64,000 nt of DNA from Patescibacteria group bacterium UBA3466 (GCA_002378195.1 DFRJ01000002.1:204816-268815), one strand, 5' to 3'. Positions 46,034 to 56,067 are shown, counted from the stretch's first letter. Program-made: numbers and translations. The notes: generated by a model from the sequence alone, not told the origin.

Positions 46034-46303
46034 ATGAAAAAAGAAGACCTTAAAAACTCACCAAAACTATTTTGTGAAAGCGTTAGCTTAGCCTTTACAC
46101 CAGAGTATTTCATTATGGGCCTCACTTCTGGCAATCAAGGTACGCTGTATAGTCTAACGCCCCAACATGCCAAACGACTCAAAGAATATCTAGAACATCA
46201 GATTAAGGAGTACGAAGATAAGCACGGAGAAATCGCTGCCAAGTGGGACCCAAATATAGTTAGTCCGGTACAAAGAGCTAATCCTCCACAAGAAGGTTCA
46301 TAA
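46034..46303 (+). CDS. DUF3467-like small protein (89 aa).
   Basis: SLAFTPEYFIMGL...LYSLTPQHAKRLKEYLEHQIKEYEDKHGEI matches the DUF3467 pattern as recalled. A perfect TATAAT lies 9 nt upstream (46019-46024). A terminator follows. Confidence 0.5.
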   Translation: MKKEDLKNSPKLFCESVSLAFTPEYFIMGLTSGNQGTLYSLTPQHAKRLKEYLEHQIKEYEDKHGEIAAKWDPNIVSPVQRANPPQEGS

Positions 46304-46307
46304 AGTT

Positions 46308-46335
46308 GAAAGCCACCGACAGGTGGCTTTTGTTT
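46308..46335 (+). terminator. Intrinsic terminator.
   Basis: AAGCCACC-gaca-GGTGGCTT-TTGTTT. Confidence 0.65.
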
Positions 46336-46345
46336 AAACGCTATT

Positions 46346-46570
46346 TTAGCGGTGTCGTCCGGCTCGCTGTGGCCGCTTGGCGTCTATTGACTCCAGGCGC
46401 TGGCGTAAGCGACTGTTCTGAATGTCTTTGCCCTGATTCCAGTTCTTCTTGGAATTGGTTTCGCGATTCGGCTCAATGTAGCCTTTGGGAGCTTTGGTGT
46501 CATCTCGAAAGTAATACAAGATTGTGTGTGCGATCTGCAATAAGCCAACCGGCCTGAATTTACTTTTCAC
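46346..46570 (-). CDS. Small basic protein (74 aa, GTG start), hypothetical.
   Basis: AGGAGA 5 nt upstream of the GTG. A promoter-like TTGCAT-16-TATAAAT lies at 46603-46630 on the minus strand. The competing plus ORF 46306..46557 starts inside the terminator. Confidence 0.4.
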   Translation of the reverse strand: MKSKFRPVGLLQIAHTILYYFRDDTKAPKGYIEPNRETNSKKNWNQGKDIQNSRLRQRLESIDAKRPQRAGRHR

Positions 46571-46648
46571 TTGTTTCTCCTAATGTACTCTACCTGCCCA
46601 TATTTATACGCGAGCATAGAGAATATGCAATGATGACTAGTTGGTAAA

Positions 46649-47749
46649 CTAAGAGTGCATGAATTCAATAACGTCTCCGTCTTGTACCACATACTCCTTC
46701 CCTTCTGTTCTCAACTTACCAGCATCACGAGCCGCCGCTTGCGAACCTGCTTCGACTAGGTCATTAAAAGCAACCACCTGAGCCCGGATGTACTTATCTT
46801 TAAAATCTGTATGAATAGCCGCGCCAGCTTCTGGCCCAGTGCTGCCGATTTTGACTGTCCAAGCGCGTGTCTCCTTTTCACCAGTAGTAAAGTAGCTCAT
46901 TAAGCCGAGTCTGGTATAGCAGGCTCTAATCAAGGCACTGACTCCGCTGTCCTGCGCCCCGTACTCCCTTCTAAATTCATTCTTTTCGTCCTCGTTTAGA
47001 TCCTTCAATTCGTGCTCCATTCCAGCATCGACAATGACGTACTCAGAACCAGTGTCCTTGAAGAATTGCAACAATTCTTGCCACCGTTCATCATTGTGTT
47101 CGTCTAGATTGAAGGAATTTTGCTTTTTGTTACAGACATACAGGAACTGCTTCATGGTCAAAAGGTGTAGGTGCTTTATCACCTTCTCTTCTTCCTCTGT
47201 CATACCTAGCTTGTTGGCTAGATGTCCAGCCTGCAGATGTTCTAGGAGTCTCGTCAGCAATTCTTTTTCCGCCACGGCACCCTTGTCGCCCCGTTTTATA
47301 TCCTTTTCTATGTTTGAAACTCGCTTACTAACAGTCTCAGCGTCGGCCATGATTAGCTCTAGGTTGATGGTTTCAATATCACCCATCGGATCAACTCCAC
47401 CAGACACATGGTGAATGTCGCTGTCCTCGAAGATGCGCACCACTTCAGCGATCATGTCGGTCTCTCTAATATTGGCGAGAAACTTATTTCCTAAGCCTTC
47501 ACCAGCCGAAGCTCCTTTCACCAACCCGGCAATATCTACAAATTCAATTGCAGCCGGAATAATCTCTGAAGAACCAGAGATGTCACTTAATGTTTGAAGA
47601 CGTGAGTCAGGCACTGGCACCACACCCACCGCTGGATCGATTGTCGCAAATGGGTAATTAGCAATCAGCACTTCGTTATTAGTAAGGGCTGTAAAGAGGG
47701 TTGATTTTCCAACGTTGGGCAACCCAACAATTCCGACAGATAATGACAT
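46649..47749 (-). CDS. ychF: Ribosome-binding ATPase YchF (Obg-like ATPase).
   Basis: A G1 motif [14 protein letters not shown] and a C-terminal TGS domain. Confidence 0.9.
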   Translation of the reverse strand: MSLSVGIVGLPNVGKSTLFTALTNNEVLIANYPFATIDPAVGVVPVPDSRLQTLSDISGSSEIIPAAIEFVDIAGLVKGASAGEGLGNKFLANIRETDMIAEVVRIFEDSDIHHVSGGVDPMGDIETINLELIMADAETVSKRVSNIEKDIKRGDKGAVAEKELLTRLLEHLQAGHLANKLGMTEEEEKVIKHLHLLTMKQFLYVCNKKQNSFNLDEHNDERWQELLQFFKDTGSEYVIVDAGMEHELKDLNEDEKNEFRREYGAQDSGVSALIRACYTRLGLMSYFTTGEKETRAWTVKIGSTGPEAGAAIHTDFKDKYIRAQVVAFNDLVEAGSQAAARDAGKLRTEGKEYVVQDGDVIEFMHS

Positions 47750-47806
47750 ATGGCTGGTAGGTTAGCAGATTGTAATCAATATTAAAAGCAAGTTACGACC
47801 AAAAGA

Positions 47807-48646
47807 CTAAAATGGAAGTAAATTACGCTCGTACTCACAGAATACAACGTCACCATTTGCTATTTCTAGCTTTCGCGCGATGACGTCTCGCACCTCTTCG
47901 CGACCACCAAGGGTGTCAATCAGTTTATTCTCTAGGGCACGTGTGCCAGGCATGGTTGATCCGTCGGCCAGAGCCACTACAGCTTCTCTGTCTAGCTCAC
48001 GGTACTCCGACACCATATCGATAAAGCGGTCGTTTACAATATTTAAGTCAGACATTAAAAGCTCCCTTTCTTCATCAGTAATAGGTCGATTGGGTGTACC
48101 AGTGTCTTTGAATTTACCCGTGGTCAACTGCACGTAGGTCAAACCTTCTTCCTCGTTCTTTTCCGATTCTTCTAAGTATGACATGTTAACTCCGATACTG
48201 CCCACGTCAGACATAGGTGAGGCCACTAGATGATCGGTGGCCGCTGCGATCATATATCCGCCAGAAGCCCCCTGATCACCAATCATTCCGATAATTGGCA
48301 ACTCGGACTGGCGAATCCTTTCGGCAATCCGCTCAGAAGCGACTGGTGTACCACCTGGTGAATTTACCTCTATCAACATAGCTTCTATGCCAGGCTGCTC
48401 CTCAGCAGAAGCAATAAATGATTCAAAGCTCTCCGGGGTAGTTACTAAATCAAAATCTGCCAAGCCGTTGTATGGGAGGATGACGCCCTCAATCGGGAAA
48501 ACGGCAACATTACAAATACCATCTCCGATATAGCTCTCACTTTCAAGAATAAAATTTACTGATATAACTGAAATGACAATGGTCAATACGACCACCACGG
48601 CTCGCATTAGAGTGCCAGCCGTTTCGCGTAAAAAGGATTTTTGCAT
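47807..48646 (-). CDS. sppA: Signal peptide peptidase SppA (S49).
   Basis: An N-terminal TM helix. NSPGGTPVASE...GDQGASGGYMIA has the catalytic Ser region. Confidence 0.85.
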   Translation of the reverse strand: MQKSFLRETAGTLMRAVVVVLTIVISVISVNFILESESYIGDGICNVAVFPIEGVILPYNGLADFDLVTTPESFESFIASAEEQPGIEAMLIEVNSPGGTPVASERIAERIRQSELPIIGMIGDQGASGGYMIAAATDHLVASPMSDVGSIGVNMSYLEESEKNEEEGLTYVQLTTGKFKDTGTPNRPITDEERELLMSDLNIVNDRFIDMVSEYRELDREAVVALADGSTMPGTRALENKLIDTLGGREEVRDVIARKLEIANGDVVFCEYERNLLPF

Positions 48647-48709
48647 GTTGAAATAATAGCACGATTAATACCGCAAAAAGAAAGAGCCGCCTAATGTTAC
48701 TTAGACGAC

Positions 48710-49018
48710 TCATAGCGTGTCGACACAGGTTCTTTCGTGATTCATCTCAATACTGTGCGCATTTTGATAATCACTAATCGTACCTCGCTGAACTGCACTA
48801 GCATTTGCAACTAGTATCTGCTCAGGGTCACACTTTGGACCAACAAGCTTGAGACTCATCTCTTGTACCTTACGACAAAAGCTGTCGAGGACATTAGCTC
48901 CACCAATAGAGGAACTTGCATAGCAGTAGCCGGTCTCTGACTGGATTTGCATCCAGCCAGAGTTTGAACAACCGGCCAACCACAATGACGAGAGGAGTAA
49001 GATAACCCTTACGGTCAT
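48710..49018 (-). CDS. Small lipoprotein (lipobox LAGC), hypothetical, GC-rich.
   Basis: A signal peptide plus Cys lipobox, and 5 further Cys residues. Confidence 0.55.
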   Translation of the reverse strand: MTVRVILLLSSLWLAGCSNSGWMQIQSETGYCYASSSIGGANVLDSFCRKVQEMSLKLVGPKCDPEQILVANASAVQRGTISDYQNAHSIEMNHERTCVDTL

Positions 49019-49020
49019 TA

Positions 49021-49467
49021 CTATTGAGGGTCAATGCCGCGTGATGTGCGGTATGCCTCAGAGATAGCTCGCTCACGCTCGGTGAACCCACGTTTCTCGT
49101 TACCTGTAGCGCAATCAGCGACGCTGGTGGATTCGATCTCACCAACGTAGTCTACTCGACCGTTACGGTCTTCGACTGAAGCGCTACTGATTACTTTCGG
49201 GGTGTCCTGGATGAAGGGAACGGTAGACGTCCCACATCCAGCCGGAGCCGCATCTGCAACTTTTTTAGTATAACCAGCAGCATTGACCTTAAACGACTCG
49301 CCACGTGCCTGAAGTTGGCTCAACTGAACGTAACCGGCGTCGCCAGGGTTCGGGTTCCACTCATCGCGACCAGCACGATCTCCTGTTACCGTACAACCGG
49401 TAACGAGAGGAAGAGTAATAACGCCAGAAATAGCAACCATTCTCAAGATTTTAAAGGACTTCTTCAT
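49021..49467 (-). CDS. Lipoprotein (lipobox VTGC), hypothetical, GC-rich. The start is revised to MKKSFKIL.
   Basis: AAGGAGG, then 5 nt, then ATG (49465-49467). The track's TTG-initiated N-terminus MPKEAI is the SD region read as protein. Confidence 0.55.
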   Translation of the reverse strand: MKKSFKILRMVAISGVITLPLVTGCTVTGDRAGRDEWNPNPGDAGYVQLSQLQARGESFKVNAAGYTKKVADAAPAGCGTSTVPFIQDTPKVISSASVEDRNGRVDYVGEIESTSVADCATGNEKRGFTERERAISEAYRTSRGIDPQ

Positions 49468-49536
49468 AATCGCCTCCTTCGGCAATTGTTGATTGTGAAC
49501 TATGGACTTGACTTAGTGTCCAGATCTTCATTTTCT

Positions 49537-49564
49537 ATTATACATAAAACAGCGCATTTGTCAA
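49537..49564 (-). promoter_or_regulatory. Perfect consensus sigma70 promoter driving the lipoprotein pair.
   Basis: Minus strand TTGACA-16 nt-TATAAT. The -35 box sits in the loop of the upstream terminator. Confidence 0.7.
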
Positions 49565-49583
49565 GTACAAATGCGCTGTTTTT
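49546..49583. terminator. Bidirectional intrinsic terminator with a 14-bp stem.
   Basis: AAAACAGCGCATTTGT-caag-TACAAATGCGCTGTTTTT. Confidence 0.7.
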
Positions 49584-49599
49584 GGCTTTAAAAACAAGG

Positions 49600-50181
49600 T
49601 TATTTTGCCTCTCTACCGTAACATTCTACCTGCTTCATCCACTTAGCGCGGACTTTGTCGTCCACCCTTTCACATGGTCCATAACTACTTACACTAGTCT
49701 TTAAACCGGCAAATTCAAGGATACCGTACTGAATTTCGTTGGTGTAGTCACCAAACTGCCACCAAGTCTTAAATGGACTGTGTGAGCCAGACAAAATGAA
49801 TACTCGAGCAGTTCGGCCTGCTAGGTGCTTCTCGATCTTCTTAGTCTCCTTGTTGAAGTTGAAGGCAAAGCCCGGCAACCAGAAGCGGTCAAAAAGGCCT
49901 TTGAGTAAGGCTGGCATAGTGCACCACCAGTTTGGGTAACCGATGACCAAGTGGTCACTTTCTGTAATTGCCTCCTGCAAAGCAATCAGGTCTGGCTCAA
50001 GGTGCTGAATTTCTTTGTATCCCTTATGCAAAATGGGATCAAACTGCAGTTCACCAAGATTAAAGCGCTTTACCTCATGCCCAGCATCCTCGGCTGCTGC
50101 TTGATAGCGATCCAGTATGCCCCCGGTGAAAGAATCAGCGTCTGGATGGCCACATAAGACCACTATTTTTTTAGTTTTCAT
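49600..50181 (-). CDS. Flavodoxin-like fold NAD(P)H:quinone oxidoreductase (MdaB/KefF-like).
   Basis: KIVVLCGHPDADSFTGGI... matches the Flavodoxin_2 pattern. Confidence 0.72.
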   Translation of the reverse strand: MKTKKIVVLCGHPDADSFTGGILDRYQAAAEDAGHEVKRFNLGELQFDPILHKGYKEIQHLEPDLIALQEAITESDHLVIGYPNWWCTMPALLKGLFDRFWLPGFAFNFNKETKKIEKHLAGRTARVFILSGSHSPFKTWWQFGDYTNEIQYGILEFAGLKTSVSSYGPCERVDDKVRAKWMKQVECYGREAK

Positions 50182-50200
50182 ACGTATTCATTGTATACGA

Positions 50201-50229
50201 AACAGGCGCGCCCTTCGGGCGCGCCTGTT
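50201..50229 (-). terminator. GC-rich hairpin terminator.
   Basis: AACAGGCGCGCCC-ttcg-GGGCGCGCCTGTT, 13-bp stem. Confidence 0.65.
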
Positions 50230-50245
50230 GATTAGTCTAGATTAG

Positions 50246-50581
50246 CTACTTTCTTATTGACCCATTAGGGTTGAATTGACCTTGGTGGCCCATCTGCATT
50301 TGCATCAGCTTTTGCTTCATTTCTGGACTCATAGCAGCCATAATTTCCTTCTGGTACTTTGGTAACACCTTAGTTGCAGCTGCCATTTGATTATTACCAT
50401 TAGTTTTAAGTTCTGCTTGCATTTCCTTAGCAATTTTCTCAAACAATTCTGGATCCTTCTCCAGCATCTCCATCACCATTTGCTTCTGATCCTCAGGCGC
50501 GTCTTTCATCTGCTTCTCGAGCAGCTTCTTCATCGCAAAGTTTTTTACTTTTCCAAACATATGCGCAAGATTGTAGCACAT
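50246..50581 (-). CDS. Hypothetical Met/Lys/Gln-rich helical protein (about 105 aa).
   Basis: Low-complexity repeats (MKQKLMQMQMG). The real start is probably MFGKV. Confidence 0.4.
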   Translation of the reverse strand: MCYNLAHMFGKVKNFAMKKLLEKQMKDAPEDQKQMVMEMLEKDPELFEKIAKEMQAELKTNGNNQMAAATKVLPKYQKEIMAAMSPEMKQKLMQMQMGHQGQFNPNGSIRK

Positions 50582-50695
50582 TGTGCGTACTAATTCATAA
50601 GGACAATATACCTAGACAATAAGGTGGTTTAATGGTATTTTCCAACAATATTTTATTTACTTGGTAGGTAAAAATATTACTAATTAATTCTTTAT

Positions 50696-52234
50696 ATGAG
50701 CACACTTGAAAGTTTGAAGCCTTGGCTGGGGCGAAAATCAGTTAGAGGATTGCTGTTATTAGCGGTAATTATCGTTGCAGCTATGCTTTTATCTGGGCAG
50801 GATGATGTTGCACTTGACGCAAAGCCTGACACCAAAACTATAGTAACCACCACTACCGCCACTGAGTATGTTGGCGGCAAATCTATTTCACTGATCGGCA
50901 ACGTAAGAGCCTTCACCGAAGCTGTAGTTACTGCCGAACAAGCTGGACGAGTGGTGGGTGTAAATGTGAGTCTAGGTCAGTCAGTGTCGGCCGGCACAGT
51001 CATTGCTACTCTAGAGAATGCGTCTGAGCGAGCAGCCGTGCTGCAGGCCGAAGGCGTGTATGACGCCGCTGTAGCCGCCGCTGCCCAAAGTACAGTTGGT
51101 GTTGATGAAGCACAAAATGGTGTCAAAAATGCTCAAAACAACGCCGTGTCAGCCTTTAAATCAGCTTTTAATGTGACTAACGGTGTAGTCTTGAACAACA
51201 TTGACACTTTTTTCTCCAGTCCCAACACTTCAGTGCCTGGTCTTAAAATTGACGGTCGCGGTTTTACCAATCAGCTAAATCAAGATCGAGTGTCGTTCCA
51301 AACCCTGCTGTCTACCTGGCAAATTAAAACTAATACTATCTCATCTGATTCGGACTTAGGTGCTGAATTACAGTATGCGTCAGAAAGTGTACAAAACGTG
51401 ATTAACACCATCGATACCTTCATTGCGGTATTCAACCAGCAAGAGAATTCAGATAGATACTCAGATGCAGAACTACAATCTTTCAGTACTACTTTCACGA
51501 GTTTGCGAGCCAATCTGATCAGTACTCAGTCATCACTTGATGCAGCTCTGACCGGCCTTGATGCTGCTGCAGACACTCTTGAAAGAGCTCAACTGTCTTC
51601 AGTTGGCAGCGTAAATTCTGCAGCTGACGCGCAGGTTAAGCAGGCCCTAGGCTCTCTAAGATCTGCTCAAGCAAATCTAGCCAAAACAATTCTACGTACT
51701 CCAATTAGCGGAACCATAAACTCTCTTTCAGTTAGAACTGGAGACTTCATCAACAACTTTGACACAGTAGCCATTGTTGCAAACAACGAAGCGCTTGAAG
51801 TGGTAACCTACATCAGCGACACTGAGCGCAGCATGATTTCTGAGGGTGACACTGTGCTGATTGAGGGTCAGTACGAAGGAGTGGTAACCAGTATTGCTCC
51901 AGCTGTTGACCCAGTAATAAAGAAAACTCAGGTGCGAATTGCCACTGAAGGAGCAAATATTCAGAACGGAGATACTGTTCGTATTAGCAAGGAGGCCTCA
52001 GATCAAGCGACAGTCCTTGAAACTGTAAGAGTGCCACTAACAGCAGTTAAGTTTGATCTCGAAGACGGTTATATGTTCACTATCAGCGATGGTCGTTTGG
52101 TGTCTGTTCCGGTGGAGATCGGCAATGTCTTTGGTAGCTCGGTCGAAATCCTGTCCGGCATCACTAGTTCTGACGAGTTCGTGGTAGATGCCCGAGGACT
52201 ACAAGTCGATGAAGAGGTTGAAATAGCAAACTAG
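50696..52234 (+). CDS. Efflux periplasmic adaptor (HlyD/MFP family).
   Basis: An N-terminal TM helix, a long coiled-coil hairpin, and beta-barrel/lipoyl-like motifs. Its stop is 1 nt before the RND pump. Confidence 0.8.
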   Translation: MSTLESLKPWLGRKSVRGLLLLAVIIVAAMLLSGQDDVALDAKPDTKTIVTTTTATEYVGGKSISLIGNVRAFTEAVVTAEQAGRVVGVNVSLGQSVSAGTVIATLENASERAAVLQAEGVYDAAVAAAAQSTVGVDEAQNGVKNAQNNAVSAFKSAFNVTNGVVLNNIDTFFSSPNTSVPGLKIDGRGFTNQLNQDRVSFQTLLSTWQIKTNTISSDSDLGAELQYASESVQNVINTIDTFIAVFNQQENSDRYSDAELQSFSTTFTSLRANLISTQSSLDAALTGLDAAADTLERAQLSSVGSVNSAADAQVKQALGSLRSAQANLAKTILRTPISGTINSLSVRTGDFINNFDTVAIVANNEALEVVTYISDTERSMISEGDTVLIEGQYEGVVTSIAPAVDPVIKKTQVRIATEGANIQNGDTVRISKEASDQATVLETVRVPLTAVKFDLEDGYMFTISDGRLVSVPVEIGNVFGSSVEILSGITSSDEFVVDARGLQVDEEVEIAN

Positions 52235-52235
52235 T

Positions 52236-55200
52236 ATGTGGGAATTCTTCATCAGAAATAACCGGTTCGCCTATTTGTTCATAGTAGCGTTGATCGGACT
52301 AGGTCTATATAGCCTTATCTCAATCCCACGCGAATCGTCACCAGAAGTGGTGGTGCCAGTTGGGGTGGTTTCTACTATTCTGCCTGGTGCGCCAGCTGCC
52401 GACGTTGAGTCGTTGGTTACTAATGAAATAGAAAGAGGCTTATCAAGCTTGGAAAATGTAAAAGAAATTACCTCAACCTCAAGAGAGGGTGTGTCTAGTG
52501 TTGTAGTTGAATTTGAAGCCAATGCAGATTTGGATGAATCAATTTTGGATCTCAAGGACGAAATAGATCAGATAAAGAATGACCTCCCTGACGATGCCGA
52601 GGATCCACTAGTTTCTGAAGTAAATTTTGTTGATCAGCCCATCATGACCTTGTCAGTTTCAGCCGATCTGACTGACTTTGAATTTACTGATCTGGCCGAT
52701 GATTTAGAGAGAGAAATCGAGAAGGTGGCTGGTGTCTCTAGAGTAGAAGTGTCAGGTGCTCGCAGTCGTGAAGTAACTGTGATAGTACGCCAAGAATCAC
52801 TGGAGCGTTTTGATATTTCTTTGAATGAGGTTACCAGTGCCATCCGTAATGCCAACCTTACTCTACCTATCGGTCAAATTGTCAGCGATGGAGTTTCCTA
52901 CAACGTCGCCTTTGAAGGTGATATTACTAACACTGATCAAATCGCCAATATCGGCGTCACCAGTCGCGGCGGACAGCCAATCTTCATAAAAGATATTGCC
53001 AACGTTGAGGATGGTCTTTCACCAGCTAGCAGCTTGTCACGTCTCAGTGTAGCCGGCGCTCCCTCGTTGAAATCGATTTCGATTAACGTCTACAAGCAAT
53101 CAGGTGGCGATATCACCAGAATTGCTGCAGACGTAAATAATCGAGTGGAAGAGCTCAAGTCTGCTGGACAACTTCTGGACGGCATCACCACAGTCACTGT
53201 GCTGGACGCCGGAGCTGATATTAAGTCTGATCTTGTTCAGCTTTCAAGTTCTGGGCTACAGACAGTCATTCTGGTAGTACTGTTGCTCGTGGTAGCGATC
53301 GGTTGGCGTGAAGGTTTGTTGGCCGGAACATCCATTCCTTTCTCATTCCTGTTTGGCTTCATCGGCCTTTATCTTTCTGGTAATACTATCAATTTCCTTA
53401 GCCTGTTTTCCTTGATTCTTGGTATCGGTATCCTGGTTGACTCAGCGATTGTGATGGTTGAAGGCATTAACCGCAAGATGAAAGACGACCTAAACATCGA
53501 CAAGCGCGAAGCGGCAATTCAGACTATTCGTGAGTTCTCTGCCCCACTTATCTCGGGCACCCTGACCACAGTTTCAATGTTTGTTGGACTTTTTATCGTC
53601 AGTGGTGTAATCGGTCAGTTTATTGCCAGTATTCCATTTACTTTAATCTTTTTGCTATTTGCTTCCCTGTTTGTGTCACTGGCTATAATCCCATTGATTG
53701 CTTCGACCTTCTTGCATCGACATAACCGCAGCGAATTGCAGGAGAAGCAGGTAGCCTATGCGCGTAAACTTGAGAACTGGTACCGCGCTAGAATGTCTAG
53801 AATTGTCGGGAATACAGCTCGAGAGAATAAGTTTTTGTCTGCTATTTTTGCTTTGCTAGTTTTCTCGCTATTTCTACCTATCAATGTATTTGCCGGCCTG
53901 ATCGCTGCTCCCTTGGTGTATGTGGTGTCGTTAAAGTTTTACACTCTACAAATCAAGAAGGGCTGGAGTAACTTCAAGCGTAAGCTACTTTCGGTACCAT
54001 CAGTTATTGCAACGATAGTCGTTGCAACAATGATTGTTGGTACTATTCTGCCTTCAGTTAACCTCGTAAAAGTCATCTTTTTTGAACAGAGCGATGTCGA
54101 CTTTATTATCGTAGAAGTTGAGAATCCAGAGGGTACTATAAAGGAGTTAACCGATATAGACATTCGAAGAGTCGAAGAGTATCTGTACGATGAGAATGAG
54201 ATTGAATCCTTCACTGTTACTGTCGGTAGCGGTAGTCAGTTCGGATCAGGTGGAACTGGTGAAAAGTTTGCCAACATTTTCATTAACCTAACTGATGATC
54301 GTTCACGTAATAGTACTGAGATTGTGGCAGACCTAAGACAGCAGATGTCAGAACTGCGTGACATAAAGGTGACTGTCAATCAGCCAAGTGACGGGCCTCC
54401 AACCGGTGCAGCAATTATTGTGAAGTTCTTGGGAGATGATTTGAAGGAAATCACTGACCTGGCCAATAAATCAGCTCAAATATTTAAGCAAACTGATGGT
54501 GCCATCAACGTTGAAACCAGTACCAACAGTAACAATACAGAGTTTGTGATTGAGCTTGATAGAGACAAGGCTGCAGCTCTAGGTTTAAGTCCGTTTACCA
54601 TTTCACAAGTAGCTAGAACTGCTTTATTTGGTACCGACGCTACATCCCTCACAACTATCGATGAAGATATAGATGTGGTAGTAAAACTGAACGTAGAGAA
54701 CAAAGACGGCATAAATACAGACAACTCTAATGTCACGTCTATCAACGCCCTTACCGACATCACCATCCCTTCAAACTCTGGCCCAATTCCACTTTCAAGC
54801 CTGGTAACAGTTTCATTGCGTGAATCTAGTTCAGTTATTAATCATGAGGACAACAAGCGAGTGGTTACTGTCACAGCTGATGTGGCAGACGGGGCCAATG
54901 CTCGTGAAGTGCAAATGGCTGCCGTTGCCAATATTGAAGCCGAACTAGACATCCCAGCTGATGTCACCCTAAGTACTGGTGGTGGAGAGACTGATGAGTC
55001 AAACAAAGCCTTCATTGAGATGGGGCTAGCGTTAATTGTTGGTATCGGCTTGATGATCGGTATTTTGACCCTGCAATTTAATTCATACCGTCACATGAGA
55101 TACGTGCTTTCAATCCTGCCGTACTCTCTCATCGGTATTATGTGTGGTTTAGCAATTACGCAAAGCTCACTCTCCTTCCCTTCAATGATGGGCTTCATTG

Positions 55201-55502
55201 CTCTGTCAGGCATCGTGGTGAACAACTCGATTCTACTGATAGACATGATGAATCAAATGCGGCGCTCTCGGCCCTATGCTGAGGTGCGTGAAGTTGTACT
55301 CGATGCTGCATCAAACCGCCTACGTCCGATTCTCCTCACTACCATTACCACCATATTTGGTATGGTTCCTCTCACCTACGCTGGTGATTTATGGGCTCCC
55401 CTAGCCTATGCTGTGATGTTTGGACTAGTGTTCTCGGTAGTCATTACCTTGGTACTGATACCAATCACCTACAGTCGAAATCCTGGCCGGTTGCCAAAAT
55501 AA
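52236..55502 (+). CDS. RND-family efflux transporter (AcrB-like), 1088 aa.
   Basis: 12-TM architecture with two large periplasmic loops (ACR_tran pattern). Confidence 0.9.
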   Translation: MWEFFIRNNRFAYLFIVALIGLGLYSLISIPRESSPEVVVPVGVVSTILPGAPAADVESLVTNEIERGLSSLENVKEITSTSREGVSSVVVEFEANADLDESILDLKDEIDQIKNDLPDDAEDPLVSEVNFVDQPIMTLSVSADLTDFEFTDLADDLEREIEKVAGVSRVEVSGARSREVTVIVRQESLERFDISLNEVTSAIRNANLTLPIGQIVSDGVSYNVAFEGDITNTDQIANIGVTSRGGQPIFIKDIANVEDGLSPASSLSRLSVAGAPSLKSISINVYKQSGGDITRIAADVNNRVEELKSAGQLLDGITTVTVLDAGADIKSDLVQLSSSGLQTVILVVLLLVVAIGWREGLLAGTSIPFSFLFGFIGLYLSGNTINFLSLFSLILGIGILVDSAIVMVEGINRKMKDDLNIDKREAAIQTIREFSAPLISGTLTTVSMFVGLFIVSGVIGQFIASIPFTLIFLLFASLFVSLAIIPLIASTFLHRHNRSELQEKQVAYARKLENWYRARMSRIVGNTARENKFLSAIFALLVFSLFLPINVFAGLIAAPLVYVVSLKFYTLQIKKGWSNFKRKLLSVPSVIATIVVATMIVGTILPSVNLVKVIFFEQSDVDFIIVEVENPEGTIKELTDIDIRRVEEYLYDENEIESFTVTVGSGSQFGSGGTGEKFANIFINLTDDRSRNSTEIVADLRQQMSELRDIKVTVNQPSDGPPTGAAIIVKFLGDDLKEITDLANKSAQIFKQTDGAINVETSTNSNNTEFVIELDRDKAAALGLSPFTISQVARTALFGTDATSLTTIDEDIDVVVKLNVENKDGINTDNSNVTSINALTDITIPSNSGPIPLSSLVTVSLRESSSVINHEDNKRVVTVTADVADGANAREVQMAAVANIEAELDIPADVTLSTGGGETDESNKAFIEMGLALIVGIGLMIGILTLQFNSYRHMRYVLSILPYSLIGIMCGLAITQSSLSFPSMMGFIALSGIVVNNSILLIDMMNQMRRSRPYAEVREVVLDAASNRLRPILLTTITTIFGMVPLTYAGDLWAPLAYAVMFGLVFSVVITLVLIPITYSRNPGRLPK

Positions 55503-55533
55503 TAAAATACCCCTCATGCAAAGGGGTATTTTA
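55503..55533. terminator. Bidirectional intrinsic terminator.
   Basis: AAAAT-ACCCCT-catgcaa-AGGGGTAT-TTTATT. Confidence 0.7.
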
Positions 55534-55545
55534 TTATTCTGTACT

Positions 55546-56067
55546 TTAGGCTGTCTCCTGATCCTTTCTGATAGATTTAAGGATGGCCATAATACCATTT
55601 ACGATTCCAATCGCTAGGATAATCCAGGTAACGTACGCCAGCAAAAATACTGTGAGCGAAAAGCCAGTGTAACCCAATACCTGCAAAGCCAGCAGAGTTC
55701 CGAGAGTATACCAACTACCGGCCTGAATAGCCGGACCAAATGTGCTTGGTACTAGATGGTAGGTCATAAGGAGCGCATTTGTGTAGAGGACAAGCAAGGC
55801 AATTATTTGACCGATTGTTAGACCTGTTGCAACAAACAAGCCATAACTATACTGATACGCCAATAAAATTACAGTGGTAATAAGAATGGCAACCATAGCC
55901 ACACGTAGAACAACGTACACCACACCCATCATGCGGCGTTCGGTATCGTCAATTTTTCCATCGGCGATAGCAACAAAGAAATTAGTAATGGCTAGGGTTG
56001 AAGAACCAACTCCCAGTGAGATGGCAAACGATTGTAAAATCGTTACTAAGGTGATTAAAAATGTCAT
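55546..56067 (-). CDS. Hypothetical 5-TM membrane protein.
   Basis: Hydrophobic throughout, with no motifs. Confidence 0.45.
   Translation of the reverse strand: MTFLITLVTILQSFAISLGVGSSTLAITNFFVAIADGKIDDTERRMMGVVYVVLRVAMVAILITTVILLAYQYSYGLFVATGLTIGQIIALLVLYTNALLMTYHLVPSTFGPAIQAGSWYTLGTLLALQVLGYTGFSLTVFLLAYVTWIILAIGIVNGIMAILKSIRKDQETA

Noticed and set aside
50630-50665. An 11-codon uORF (MVFSNNILFTW) as a stand-alone gene.
   Set aside because: It is too short to call as a CDS. It is kept only as a possible leader-peptide element in the RND finding.
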